Shown here: positions 42,874-53,909 of the stretch, piece by piece
Layout: every line of letters starts with the position of its first letter
Numbering within the stretch: position 1 is the stretch's first letter
NCBI GenBank assembly: GCA_963762595.1
Contig: CAVXLI010000022.1
Location: forward strand, 52-64,051
Reading direction: 5' to 3'
From: an uncultured delta proteobacterium
GTDB lineage: Bacteria; Desulfobacterota; Syntrophia; Syntrophales; Smithellaceae
DNA length: 64,000 nucleotides
Notes under the pieces: model-generated
Databases searched by the model: none
Told to the model about the DNA's origin: nothing
What the model saw: only the letters and a program-made list of their open reading frames with translations
Made by a program: the position numbers and the translations under genes

Positions 42874-42887
42874 GGCAATCGTTTGCC
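42874..42887. promoter_or_regulatory. candidate NrpR autoregulatory operator
   Basis: GGCA-N6-TGCC palindrome 10 bp upstream of the ATG. Confidence 0.4.
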
Positions 42888-43093
42888 GTATTCCTACTGG
42901 CAAAAGCTTTTTTTGTCAAACATAAAATTGTTTTATTTTGATTATATTGATTCAAAAATGTATCATATGGTTAATGATGAAAAAAAGCGGCTTTTTACGT
43001 CTAATACGGCTTGCTGTACTTCTTGCTTCCGGCTGCAAGGGGATTAATGGATTTATGTCTTGGAGATATTTTAGAATTTCTCTTCTTGCTTAT

Positions 43094-43825
43094 TTATTCT
43101 GATTTTAGGAATGTGTTTCTGTCTTCCATGAATTTTTTGTAAAGGCGGTAGTGATCGGTTTCTTCATAGCGGATCGGCTTTACTGAGGAATAATCAAATG
43201 AATAAATTGTTGCGGAAGGGCAGGCAAGCAAAATTGGCGAATGAGTGGCGACGATAAATTGAGCATGGCCATCAATGCTCATTTTATCAAGGAGGTCAAG
43301 CAGTTCGATTTGGCTTTTCGGAGAAAGAGCGGTTTCGGGCTCATCCAACAGATAAAGTCCTTTGATTTGATAGCGGCTGCGGAAAAAGGACATCAGCGAT
43401 TGTCCGTGAGATTGGGTGGTTAATGATTTTCCACCGAAGTAATTTAATTGGCCCCGATCGGCCGCCGCCCACTCATCTAATAATTCAGCGAAGTGCTGAA
43501 ATATTTTTGAGCCAAAAAAAGATCCGGGAACACGACCATTTTTCCATTGCATGGAAATGAATTGATGAAGTTTATCCTCATAGGGATTATATTCAGGACG
43601 GCTTCTTTCGGAATTGCGCCAGATATGAATGCCGCAGGCGATGGCTATAGCTTCCAGCAGTGTAGATTTGCCTGTTCCGTTTTCGCCTACAAATAATGTA
43701 ACCGGTGAATCGAAAGCAATTTGCTTTGCCTTTTGGAAAATCGGCAAATAAAAAGGATAACACTCTCGAGTCGGATATTTTTCCGGATGAATGGTTATGC
43801 TATTTAAATGCATTGCCTTCTCCAT
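43094..43825 (-). CDS. stand-alone ABC/AAA ATPase (COG3910-like)
   Basis: GENGTGKS, SHGQ, LLDEPE, ATHSP. Confidence 0.88.
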   Translation of the reverse strand: MEKAMHLNSITIHPEKYPTRECYPFYLPIFQKAKQIAFDSPVTLFVGENGTGKSTLLEAIAIACGIHIWRNSERSRPEYNPYEDKLHQFISMQWKNGRVPGSFFGSKIFQHFAELLDEWAAADRGQLNYFGGKSLTTQSHGQSLMSFFRSRYQIKGLYLLDEPETALSPKSQIELLDLLDKMSIDGHAQFIVATHSPILLACPSATIYSFDYSSVKPIRYEETDHYRLYKKFMEDRNTFLKSE

Positions 43826-43996
43826 AAATTATGTGGCTTATATAACAATGTATGGATGATTACAAGAATATCTATTAAAAAGTATAAAGCCGAATGGAAT
43901 GGCAAACATTTTCATCAATAGCTCTTTTATTCGATAACATTTTAATGCCAATTTGGTATAATGCAGGTAAACAGGTAAACTATTGGAGTTTTGGAT

Positions 43997-44593
43997 ATGA
44001 TGAAATCATTTTGGTTGTGTTTTGTACCTCTTTTTGTTGCCGTAAATGCTTTTGGCGTTCTGCCGCTATTTATAAATCTCACCGAAGGGATTGAGCCGCA
44101 AAAAATCACGCGCGTTGTTTTTCAATCAATGATTACGGCATTAATTGTTGCCTTGGCCTTTATTGCCTTGGGTACGATAATACTGAATCTTCTCGGTATC
44201 ACCATTGCTGATTTCATGATCGCGGGCGGGGCACTCCTTTTAATCATCTCGATCAGGGAAATTATTTCCACTGATAAAAGTCCATATCCTGTTGATTTGG
44301 ATAGCATGGGTGCCGTGCCCATCGGTGTGCCGCTGATAACAGGGCCGGCTGTGTTGACCACGTCAATGCTTCTAATCAACGAGCACACTTTGGTCATTAC
44401 ATCTCTGGCGATTATTATCAATATTTTGATAGCCGGTGGTATTTTTCTTTCAGCTCCGCTGATTAATCGCGTCCTTGGTAAAACAGGTTCGAAGACAATA
44501 TCCAAAATCACCAGCCTGCTTTTAGCGGCAATCGCCGTGATGATTATTCGCAGGGGCATTGCCGTATTTATTGCTCAAGGAGTTCAATTTTAA
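43997..44593 (+). CDS. MarC family membrane protein
   Basis: FMIAGG, VPIGVPLITGPA. Confidence 0.9.
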   Translation: MMKSFWLCFVPLFVAVNAFGVLPLFINLTEGIEPQKITRVVFQSMITALIVALAFIALGTIILNLLGITIADFMIAGGALLLIISIREIISTDKSPYPVDLDSMGAVPIGVPLITGPAVLTTSMLLINEHTLVITSLAIIINILIAGGIFLSAPLINRVLGKTGSKTISKITSLLLAAIAVMIIRRGIAVFIAQGVQF

Positions 44594-44649
44594 TAAAGGT
44601 GATTAAAATCCGAATGAATCGTTCGTAAAATAAAAAGGGGAGGTGTCCA

Positions 44650-45129
44650 ATGGGAGAAGTCGTTCATACATCACGCATTAAAATCGTGCGGGAAAATGGT
44701 CCGACAAGAAGGGCCATTATTGAGGGGTTTAATGAGCCGATTTATTATGGAGTTCATGGCGGGATAAAGAAATTTTATAAAGTAGAGCCGGAAAAAGAAC
44801 ATGCCGCAACGCTGGATCATATTGTAGCGGCAACTGCCGCCTGAATGATGGGAACACTGGCCGCGTTGCTGGCCGGAAAGAAAATAGACACTTCTGAAGA
44901 ACATTACCGGGTTGATGTGGAAGGAGATATAGAAAATATCAATAATGTGCTCAAAATCACTCAGATTCGCGTTAAGTATCATTTGAAAATACATCCGGAG
45001 AAAATAGCAGAGGCGCAGGATGCTTTTTCTTCTTATTTGAAATTTTGCCCCGCCGCCCAGAGTATCATGGGCTGTATAGAAATAAAAGATGACCTGGTGA
45101 TTGAGAACATGGAATCAACAGCGCATTAA
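44650..45129 (+). CDS. OsmC-like selenoprotein (Sec at codon 65, TGA at 44842-44844)
   Basis: abutting same-frame ORFs read ATLDHIVAATAA-U-MMGTL...FCPAAQS; hairpin at 44857-44876. Confidence 0.9.
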
Positions 45130-45252
45130 TGACACTCGCTGAAAACGAACTTAGTGAAGTTTAAAGCGTTAGTGGAATTAATCCCATAAGCGAAGCGATT
45201 CGGGATATTTCTGATCAGATAGCCACTGCTTGCGACGGGGAGAGGTTCATTT

Positions 45253-45293
45253 AAAAAAAGGGAGTTCATTTTTTGAATGAGCTCCCTTTTTTT
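45253..45293. terminator. bidirectional Rho-independent terminator
   Basis: A7-GGGAGTTCATT...AATGAGCTCCC-T7. Confidence 0.88.
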
Positions 45294-45311
45294 ATTCTCA
45301 AGTGGTTATGA

Positions 45312-46484
45312 TTAAATCTGAATATTCCCTTTTTTCAGCATATCTGTGGGCAGAAACCACTTAATACCCAGTTTCTTTGAAATAGCCTCGCATCGTTCGG
45401 CTACTTTTGCCCAGCCCATCCCCTTGGCAAGAGCGAAAGGACCAAAGGGTGAACCGCCTCCGTTGACCATGGCCTTATCGATTTCAGCGGCGCTACTTGT
45501 AACACCCTCCTGCAGAAGTTTGGTTCCCTCATTTACCTGAAGGCAGACAATATCCATCAGGTCAAAGTTGGGATCGGCTTTACTCATGTCTATTGTGGGC
45601 CTTGCGCCACCGGGCCAAGTGAAAATGCCTTTGCCGGTTTTTTTGCCCAGTGTGCCGGCTGCGACCATTTTCTTCAACCAGTTACTAGGTTTGAATTCCG
45701 GGGATAATGTTTTGGCAAAATAATCAGAACCATGGGCGTAAATATCAAGTCCGGCGAAATCCATTGTTTCGTATGGGCCCATCGGGGCGCCGATTGATCT
45801 GATTTTGGCATCAACAGCCTCAGGATTTATAAGCCCTTTTTCATATATCTCGGCTAGATATAATCCGACCGGCGCGTTAATTCTGTTGAAAATAAATCCC
45901 GGTGAATCTTTCTCCACACGTACCGGAACCATCGCCCCTCTGAAGTTTTTTAATTTCATGATTAAATCATAACTGATATTCATAGTTTCGTCAGATGTTT
46001 TCTGGCCGCGGGTGACCTCAACAAGAGCCATCATGACCGGGGGATTAAAAAAATGAATCCCCACAACTTTGTCCGGTCTTTTTGTTGCGGCAGCCATTTG
46101 AGTAATGCTCATGTTGGATGTATTGGAAGCAAGTATGGCTTGTTTCGGCGCGTTTTCATCAACTTCCTTGAATATTTTTACTTTAAGATCAAGTATTTCC
46201 GGAGCGGCTTCAATCATGTAATCAATATCCTTCACCGCTTCTTTTAAAACAGTGAATCCGTGGATATTATTCATTATCTTAGTTGAGTTATCTGCCGTCA
46301 TCTTTTGTTTTGCGACCTGTTTCTCCAGGCTTTCTTTTATTTTATTCTTGCCCTTGTCCACAAATTCCTGCTTGATGTCATAAAGATTTACCTTTAAACC
46401 CGCCAGAGCACAAACTTCCGCAATACCATGACCCATATCGCCCGCGCCAACGATTGCGATTGTTTTGATGTCTTCTGCTTTCAT
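45312..46484 (-). CDS. 3-hydroxyacyl-CoA dehydrogenase
   Basis: GAGDMGHGIA, SNTS, HFFNP, PGFIFNR, GKKTGKG; duplicated C-terminal domain. Confidence 0.92.
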   Translation of the reverse strand: MKAEDIKTIAIVGAGDMGHGIAEVCALAGLKVNLYDIKQEFVDKGKNKIKESLEKQVAKQKMTADNSTKIMNNIHGFTVLKEAVKDIDYMIEAAPEILDLKVKIFKEVDENAPKQAILASNTSNMSITQMAAATKRPDKVVGIHFFNPPVMMALVEVTRGQKTSDETMNISYDLIMKLKNFRGAMVPVRVEKDSPGFIFNRINAPVGLYLAEIYEKGLINPEAVDAKIRSIGAPMGPYETMDFAGLDIYAHGSDYFAKTLSPEFKPSNWLKKMVAAGTLGKKTGKGIFTWPGGARPTIDMSKADPNFDLMDIVCLQVNEGTKLLQEGVTSSAAEIDKAMVNGGGSPFGPFALAKGMGWAKVAERCEAISKKLGIKWFLPTDMLKKGNIQI

Positions 46485-46609
46485 AGTTTTAAAACTCCTT
46501 TCAATATTTTTTATAAGGACATGCCTTTGAATTTATCGAGTATATGAAGACGGCACTTGAGTGTCAAGATATTTAAAATAGGAAATATAGTCGGCATTAA
46601 GGGGGAGGT

Positions 46610-47750
46610 TTAACGGCTAAGGATGCCGTTTCCCAATGTTTCAACAGCCTGTTCGATTTCTTCTTTTACTATACCAGCACTACCTTGGAGAAACTTTTTA
46701 AGTCCGGCTTCGGCCTGGCTGCCGCCGATACGGCTTAATGCCCAGGCGATCATACACTTTACGCGTTCATCAGGATTTTCTTTGAATGCGCGGATGAGGT
46801 CTGTGACGTAAACAGGGTTTAGACTATTGCCCATGGCGCGAGCCGCATTCATCTTCCAGCGCCAGAGATTATCGGCAGACATATAAAACATGTGCGGCCA
46901 TATCTTCTGTTCGAAGTAAATTTTATCCATATGCAGCAGGCAGGGAAGATCGAAGTTCGCGGCCTTAGCCGCTACACGGGCATGGGGAGGTTTCTCCTCG
47001 GCCATCCAGGGGGTATTGCGAGGACAAACATTCTGACAGCGATCACATCCGTACACATACATGCCCATGGGTTCACGCAGTTCCTTGGGAGTGAGTCCTT
47101 CGCCATAATACGTTAAATAAGAGATGCAGCGGCGAGGATCAATCTTTCCGCCTCCTTTGAGCGCACGGGTAGGACACGCTGCCACACAGGCATTGCGGCA
47201 CCACTCCGGACAACCGATGGCAATAGTCAGGTTCATCGGGAGGATATTCAGTGTCAACTAAAATGGCTATGGGAAACACAAAGGAACTTGTGCGGGCAAC
47301 ACGCCGCGCATAAAAAACGCAATTATTGCCGAAAGTCCCTAATCCGGCGCGCGCGGCTGAAAGCCGGTGGGGCATGTGGGGCGGCACCTTGGAATCAATG
47401 TTGTTTGTCTTGAGGAACTGACGGAAGGCTTTGACTTTAAGTGCCAGACCATCTTTGGTAACCCGGTCATCATTATGATAGCAACGGCCGAAATGACGTT
47501 CCATTTTGAGCGGAAACGCTTCTTCGAAATAAGACTCCAACAGTACGATTATGGATTTTGCATTAGGAAGAATGTTTTTGGGATCCGTTCCGGCAAGCAA
47601 ACTGAAACCGGCTGCCTCTGTCCAGCCATACTCCTCCTGATGCGCCAGCAAATATTCTTTTTGAGAGGCGAAAGGCTCCGCGTCAGTGAAACCGATATCG
47701 GCAAATCCCAGCCGTTTAGCTTCTGTAATAATGTCTTCTTTGGTCAGCAT
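46610..47750 (-). CDS. epoxyqueuosine reductase QueG-like protein (frameshift near 47230)
   Basis: HRLSAARAGLG, ACVAACPT, RCISYLT, YGCDRCQNVCP, HEAT-like tail. Confidence 0.82.
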
Positions 47751-47843
47751 AATATCTCCTTACAGGATTTATACATTAACTCCAAGGCGATTACAAGAAT
47801 ATCAATCTCTAACCTGGGCAGTTTTTATACGACTGGTTTTGTC

Positions 47844-47872
47844 TTGACATAACGATATGTAATCTTTAGTAT
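47844..47872 (+). promoter_or_regulatory. sigma70-like promoter
   Basis: TTGACA-N17-TAGTAT. Confidence 0.5.
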
Positions 47873-47958
47873 TCGTCTAAGTTAAGAAGAGAGTAAACCT
47901 AATCAACAATATTGTAGGGGAGTTGTATAACCACATTATTGACTCCCAAGGAGAAATT

Positions 47959-48802
47959 ATGAAAAAGGTTCTGCTTATTGTTGTTTTGTTGATTGTAGTA
48001 ATCATTGCTGTAGGCGGTTTCTATTTCTGGAAAATATACCAGCAGTTCGGAAATGTGGAGACTGTCCAGCTTGACCCGCAATTGACGGTATATCTTGGCG
48101 GTGGAGGAAACTCGATTGTTCTGACTTCCGAAGATGGCTCCAAAGCTCTTGTCGTTGATACAAAGATGAGAAGGTGCTGCAAAAAAACTCAGAGAAATCG
48201 TGAAGGCCGCGGATATCACAATCGTCAATACACACGCGCATTTTGATCATACCGGCGGGAACGCACTTTATCCATCGGCAAAAATTATTTCCGGAGCGTA
48301 CACCAAAGAGCAGTGGGACAATGAATCTAAAAAAACCAGCAGGTATCCTGATGTGGCTTTAAAATCCGGTGAGGAAAAAGTGATTAAGATCGGGAGCGAG
48401 ACCGTGCGTATTCGCAATATGGGAAGGGCGCATACATGGAACGATGTGGTTGTCTATTGTGAAAAACGCAAACTCCTGGTTACCGGCGATTTGGTATTTC
48501 TCGATATGCACCCGGCTGTGTATGCCAAAAGTGGAACCAACATAGCTTCCTGGATAGGCGTTCTTGATTTACTTTCCAAAAAATATAAAATAAAAACCTT
48601 AATTCCTGGTCATGGGAAGATTTCGGATCAAAGCGCTCTTGCTGTAATGAAGGACTACTTTGTTTCTATCGGCGATGCTATCGGAAAACCGGATAAACAG
48701 GCGACCCTGAAAAAGAAATATAAGGATTATTTTTCTCTGCCGGGCATTTTCAGTTTTAGAAACACGACTAGATTCATCGAGAAGGAAAGAAAAGGCAAGT
48801 AG
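47959..48802 (+). CDS. membrane-anchored MBL-fold metallo-hydrolase (frameshifted near 48170-48200)
   Basis: N-terminal TM, VVDTK, NTHAHFDHTGGN, AHT, TGD, IPGHG. Confidence 0.82.
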
Positions 48803-48883
48803 GTTGCTTTTTGAAAATTATTTAGGGCGCCTCTCTTTACCTTCCCCAATAGAGTATGCATACAAGGACGTACACTTCATTCT

Positions 48884-50258
48884 TTACTTTGATTCTTTGC
48901 GCAGGTTGTATTTAATCATTTTCAACTGCAATCCCTTGCGGCTAAGCCCCAGTTGTTTGGCCGCGTTGGTGACATTGCCGCCGGCTTCTTCGAGACACTT
49001 GATAATCATCTGCCTTTCAACATTTTCCACGTGATCACGCATATAGTCTTTAAACGGTTTTTTGCCGTCGTCTACCGGCGTCGTTGCGATTTTATCCAAA
49101 GCGGCCTTGAATTCGCCGGGAACTTCCTGGGATGTAATCAGATTATTCTTTGCCAGAAGCATCATTCTTTCGATGAGGTTTTCCAATTCGCGAATGTTGC
49201 CCGGCCATTCATAGTGCAAAAGCATTTCTTTTACTTCGCTGTCCACCTTAACTGAGAGGTCCAGCTTTTTGTTGAATTTATCCATAAAATAATCAACCAG
49301 AGGCAGGATATCTTCTTTTCTCTCCCTGAGCGGCGGGACGTCAATAGGAAAAACATTGAGACGATAGTATAAATCTTCACGAAAATTTCCCGCCTGAACT
49401 TGCTGTAAAAGATTTTGATTGGTGGCGGCAATAATGCGCACATCCACTTTTATTGTTTTTAGCCCTCCGACTCGCTCAAATTCCTGTTCCTGAATAACGC
49501 GTAAGAGTTTTACCTGCATATCGCGCGGAATTTCTCCCACCTCGTCAAGAAACAGAGTCCCTTTATGAGCCAGTTCGAATTTCCCCGGCTTGGTAATGGC
49601 AGCGCCGGTGTAGGCGCCTTTTTCATAACCGAATAGTTCGCTTTCCATCAGAGTTTCAGCAATGGCCGCGCAGTTGATTTTGATGAGCGGATTATTTTTG
49701 CGCGGAGAGTTGTAATGAATGGCGTCGGCCACCAGCTCTTTGCCGGTGCCGGTTTCCCCGGTGATCATAATTGTTGTTGTTGTGGGAGCCACCCTTTTTA
49801 TAGCCTCAAATATCTCCAGCGTACTTTTGCTCTGTGCCGATAATTCCGGTTCGTTCTATTTCTTCCGGCGGCAAGAAGAGTTCGGTTTCTTTTAGAGTGC
49901 GAGTTTTTATTGCTTTGGAGATTACATTTTTTAACTCATCTAGATCAAACGGCTTGGTAATATAATCTAAAGCGCCTTTCTTCAGAGCTTCGACGGCAGT
50001 GGCGATAGTGCCGTGAGCGGTAATCATAATTACAGGTACTTCCGGATACTGTTCAGAAATGCGGCTGAGCAGTTCCATGCCGTCAATATCCGGCATTTTC
50101 AAATCGGATACAACCACGGCTATTTTACTTGATTTTAAAATTTGCAGAGCTTCCCGTCCGTCGGAGGCGGAAGCAACTTCATAGCCTTCTTTTTTGAGCA
50201 TGGTGGACAACACCAGCCGCATATTTAATTCATCGTCAACTATTAAAATTTTATTCAT
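48884..50258 (-). CDS. NtrC/AtoC-family sigma54-dependent response regulator (frameshift near 49820)
   Basis: receiver domain (DLKMP, KPF) plus GETGTGKE, ESELFGYEKGAYTGA, WPGNIREL and Fis HTH. Confidence 0.92.
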
Positions 50259-50312
50259 AGTTTACAATTATTATGCTTTAGCATTTAAATCAAGTTGGAT
50301 TGTGCTTAAAAT

Positions 50313-51833
50313 TTAGCCGGCTGCATTGAGCTTGATGAAGAATACAGTTCCTTGCGCAGGAATTGATTTTACCCGGATGATTCCGCCGTGCTCTTTGATG
50401 ATTCTTTGGCAAATAGCCAGACCAAGTCCAACACCTCTTTTCTTGGTTGTAAAAAATGGCTTGAAAATATTTTTTATCTCCTCTTTGCTTATTCCGCTTC
50501 CGGTATCGCGAATTGTTATGCTTATTGCTCCTTCGGCTCCGGATTCGATGTTGGATGTGCGAAAAATTAGAGTGCCGCCCTGCGGCATTGATTCGATGGC
50601 GTTCAGAGCTATATTTAAGATGACCTGTATAAATTGTTGTTCGTCCACTTCCACTGCGGGCAGGTTGTGATTCAATTCCCGGACAATAGCAATATTTTCC
50701 GCCAGCCGATTGGCCGCGATGATGGATATAGCCTTTTGAATAATCACGTTGAGGTTTTGAGCTTTAAGGTCGAGTTTGTATGGCCGCGCATAATCAAGAA
50801 ACTGAGTGACCACGGCATTGAGCCTGTTTACTTCTTCAATAATGACATCTAGGAGATTTTGTTGCTCTTCAGAGGGTGTTTCCGATTTCAAATACTGGGC
50901 AGCGCCTTTTATCGAACCCAGCGGATTGCGAATTTCATGAGCGAAAACCGGTGCCATTTCCGCCAGCATCAAGGCCTTTTCGCTTTCCAGCTTTTCGTCA
51001 AATTCATAAAGAGAAGTGAAGACATCTTTGCTGTCGGGGTAAAAGTAGCTAAAACCTTTTTTCAAAACCATTTTTATCGGCGAGAGGGAAATAGCGATTA
51101 AAAATGCAGCCATCAAAACGCTGGTAAAAGAAGGTATGTTGGAGCTGAAAAATAAAGCGACAAAGTAAAAAATGATTGTGCCGGTGAGGGTGCTGATAAA
51201 AATTACCAGTGCCCGGGCGAAAAAATCATGCAATTCATGGAGCTGCGGATAAGCGATGATTAATAAGATTAAATATAGCAGCGCTGATAGAACAAGGCCG
51301 GTTATTGGCGGGAAATTGAATCCTAAGTAAACGAATAGATCAATACTGCTCACTATTACAGCAATGGGACAAGCGACGAGCAAGTAACCCAGTCTTTTTT
51401 TTTCGTTGCTGGGCGGTAGTCTGCTTACATGACGCAAGAGGGCGAAATAGCAGAGAGCCAGAGTGCTGAATGTGTAAAATAAAATGAGGGCGTTAAAATG
51501 CGGCAACTCAGATAACCTTGTAAAGAGGGAAAAACCCCCCGATAAACTTATTAGAGTGAAAATAAAAACCACTCCCCGCGAAATAAAAGATTTATTGCGG
51601 GTCAAATGGCGGAAAAAGCGAAGAGCAAAAGGCGCGACAGCCAGGCTTCCCATATATTCAACATTTACCCAAAATTCGGAAGCGAAGAGAGGGCGGAGGA
51701 AGACGGCAATTTGCAAAATAAAAACAGTGGTGCAAAGAGCGGTAAAAGACCCGTGCAGCTTATCTTTTTTACCGGTAAGCATGAGTGAAAAGGCGATAAT
51801 AAAGCTGGTTGCCGCAAGAGTAAGTGTATCCAT
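50313..51833 (-). CDS. 7TM sensor histidine kinase
   Basis: TM N-terminus, AHEIRNPL, NAIES, DTGSG, GVGLGL. Confidence 0.92.
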   Translation of the reverse strand: MDTLTLAATSFIIAFSLMLTGKKDKLHGSFTALCTTVFILQIAVFLRPLFASEFWVNVEYMGSLAVAPFALRFFRHLTRNKSFISRGVVFIFTLISLSGGFSLFTRLSELPHFNALILFYTFSTLALCYFALLRHVSRLPPSNEKKRLGYLLVACPIAVIVSSIDLFVYLGFNFPPITGLVLSALLYLILLIIAYPQLHELHDFFARALVIFISTLTGTIIFYFVALFFSSNIPSFTSVLMAAFLIAISLSPIKMVLKKGFSYFYPDSKDVFTSLYEFDEKLESEKALMLAEMAPVFAHEIRNPLGSIKGAAQYLKSETPSEEQQNLLDVIIEEVNRLNAVVTQFLDYARPYKLDLKAQNLNVIIQKAISIIAANRLAENIAIVRELNHNLPAVEVDEQQFIQVILNIALNAIESMPQGGTLIFRTSNIESGAEGAISITIRDTGSGISKEEIKNIFKPFFTTKKRGVGLGLAICQRIIKEHGGIIRVKSIPAQGTVFFIKLNAAG

Positions 51834-51916
51834 ACCGCTTTCGTAAAGATGATATTAATAATGCCGGTTTAATCCGATATTAATCCGTATCCTGATTGAC
51901 AAAGGAAATTTTGCTA

Positions 51917-52327
51917 TTATTCCCATCCTATAGGATCGTAACCTTTTTCTTTAAGGCAGCGATTCACAAAGGCTTTATAAACAGGGCTTGGTTGAGAAGC
52001 TTTGTAAATGCCGCGGACAAGTCCGCTTGCCGCTCCAGCCGCCGCCCCTATTGATGCGCCTCTGGCCAGATCACCGGTTACGGCTCCCACCGCTCCTCCC
52101 ACGACTGCACCTCCGGCGCCGCCTACGATTGTACCCCCGACTACCTTGGCTCCCGGATTAGCTTTGACATAAGATTCGGCCATATGTGAACATTCCTCGA
52201 TATCTTTTTGTGCTTGAGTTTCTCCGACGGTTTTTAAATGATTATTAGGATAGAGGACAGGACTTTGAGACCGTGCCGCGCATCCGATTAGAAAGAGAAT
52301 TACTGTCAGCATTAGTGTTGTTTTCAT
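51917..52327 (-). CDS. glycine-zipper lipoprotein
   Basis: LIGC lipobox, GGAGGAVVGGAVG, CLKEKGY. Confidence 0.82.
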   Translation of the reverse strand: MKTTLMLTVILFLIGCAARSQSPVLYPNNHLKTVGETQAQKDIEECSHMAESYVKANPGAKVVGGTIVGGAGGAVVGGAVGAVTGDLARGASIGAAAGAASGLVRGIYKASQPSPVYKAFVNRCLKEKGYDPIGWE

Positions 52328-52368
52328 AATTTTTTCCTCTTTAAGCAAACCGGTTTTTTTGAACGAAC

Positions 52369-52474
52369 AATCCCGCGACTTGGAATCCTTCGGCTCCAGC
52401 CGAGAGAGGAAAGCGCCTTGACCAGCGGGAGGTCGCATTATTTTAAGAAGCCTCCGGCCGGGGGGGGCTCCACT
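52369..52474 (-). repeat. long palindromic dispersed repeat without the 22-bp module
   Basis: homologous to 15111-15244. Confidence 0.82.
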
Positions 52475-52687
52475 AACTGAGCAAAGCGATATTTTTGTAA
52501 ATACCCAATTATATGAAACAATACTTATCAATATTTTTAACCAAATTCTACAACAATATTTGAGTGCCCTCAGAGCGTTTCCATCGTGAATTATCATTGA
52601 TAACAATGATTTACTGGAACAATTATTCCTTTTTGGCTGATGGATAAATTATCAACATCGATTCTTGCAGGTGAAGTCCTGTTCGCA

Positions 52688-52705
52688 GTGTGAACTAGTT
52701 TACAC
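52688..52705. promoter_or_regulatory. candidate enhancer (UAS) palindrome
   Basis: GTGTGAACTAGTTTACAC (TGT-N10-ACA) about 100 bp upstream of the sigma54 box. Confidence 0.55.
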
Positions 52706-52802
52706 ACAGCAGATAGCTTTTTTTATTTTTATCCTCCGGTGATAGTTATCAAAAACACAATAAATCCCGATTCTTTTAATTTTATAATTTTTTCCCGGTC
52801 TA

Positions 52803-52818
52803 TGGCATAAATTGTGCT
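52803..52818 (+). promoter_or_regulatory. sigma54 -24/-12 promoter
   Basis: TGGCATAAATTGTGCT (GG-N10-GC). Confidence 0.65.
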
Positions 52819-52902
52819 ATTAACTGCTAAGATCTTGTTCTTGTCATTAACCGTATTTTAAGATAAGTTTATTAAATATTTTTTAAGGAAAAAAATTGAT
52901 AA

Positions 52903-53855
52903 ATGAAAGATTTTAAAGATATAGCGGTTGTTTTTCCCGGGCAAGGTTCGCAAAGGCCGGGCATGGGGAAAGACTTTTATGAACAAATTCCTGTATGCCG
53001 CGAAACATATGAAGAAGCTTGCTGACACCTTGGGCTGGGATGTATCTTCCATGTGTTTTGGTGAAGATGAAAGATTAAATCTAACGGAATATACTCAGCC
53101 TTGCATCGTAACAACGGAAATAGCCATGCTGAGGGGATTAGCCAAACGATATGGTTTTACGGCTAAATTTTTTGGCGGCCACTCCTTAGGCGAATTTACT
53201 GCGCTTGTTGCTGCTGGAGTAATGCCGTTTAATGAAACTCTAAGAATAGTTCAAACCCGTGGGAAATTGATGCAGGAAGCTGTGCCGGTTGGCGTAGGGG
53301 CTATGGCGGCGGTTATTTCCGAAGATATAGACGTTGATACACTTAAGCAGTTAATGGAGGATATACCGGTAGATATGGCCAATGTTAATTCCGCCCATCA
53401 GGTTGTAATAAGCGGCGAAACTTCCGCAGTGAGAGAAGTGGAAAAAAGATTGGAGCAAATGCTGGCTTCTCCAAAACCTTTTCGCTTTGTTCATCTGAAT
53501 GTAAGCGCTCCGTTCCATAGCCGTTTCATGAAATCAATAGAAAATATTTTTTTCCATACCCTGAAGGAAGTAGGTAAGAATATTAAGCCGCAAAATGCCC
53601 CTCAAGTAACATCAAATTTTACCGGCGGATTTCATTCGGACGATATTGACAGAAATAAGAGAAAATCTAGTGAATCAAATTAGCAATACTGTACACTGGC
53701 GGGAAAATATGCAAAGTTTAGCCGCAAAGGCCAGGGAAGTTTACGAAGTCGGCCCGGGACGGCCGCTGCGTGATTTTTTCAAAACAATAGGCGTAACCTG
53801 TCAATCAATTACCGGACTTGCAGCAGCTGAAAAGAGTTTTAACCCGATAAACTAA
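52903..53855 (+). CDS. fabD: malonyl-CoA:ACP transacylase (two frameshifts)
   Basis: VFPGQGSQ, TQP, GHSLGE, VSAPFHS, EVGPG. Confidence 0.9.
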
Positions 53856-53909
53856 AAAACGTGCAACTTACATAAAGATGCCCGCTAAAGTCGCCAGGGA
53901 GGAATTACT

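Noticed and set aside
52369-52474. c-di-GMP-I or cobalamin riboswitch
   Set aside because: It shares only AGCCTCCGGC with c-di-GMP-I and lacks the GGCAAA/GACGCAAA core. Other copies lie 3' of genes.
53023-53025. Selenocysteine TGA in fabD
   Set aside because: FabD similarity continues in another frame, so this is a frameshift artefact and not at a Cys position.
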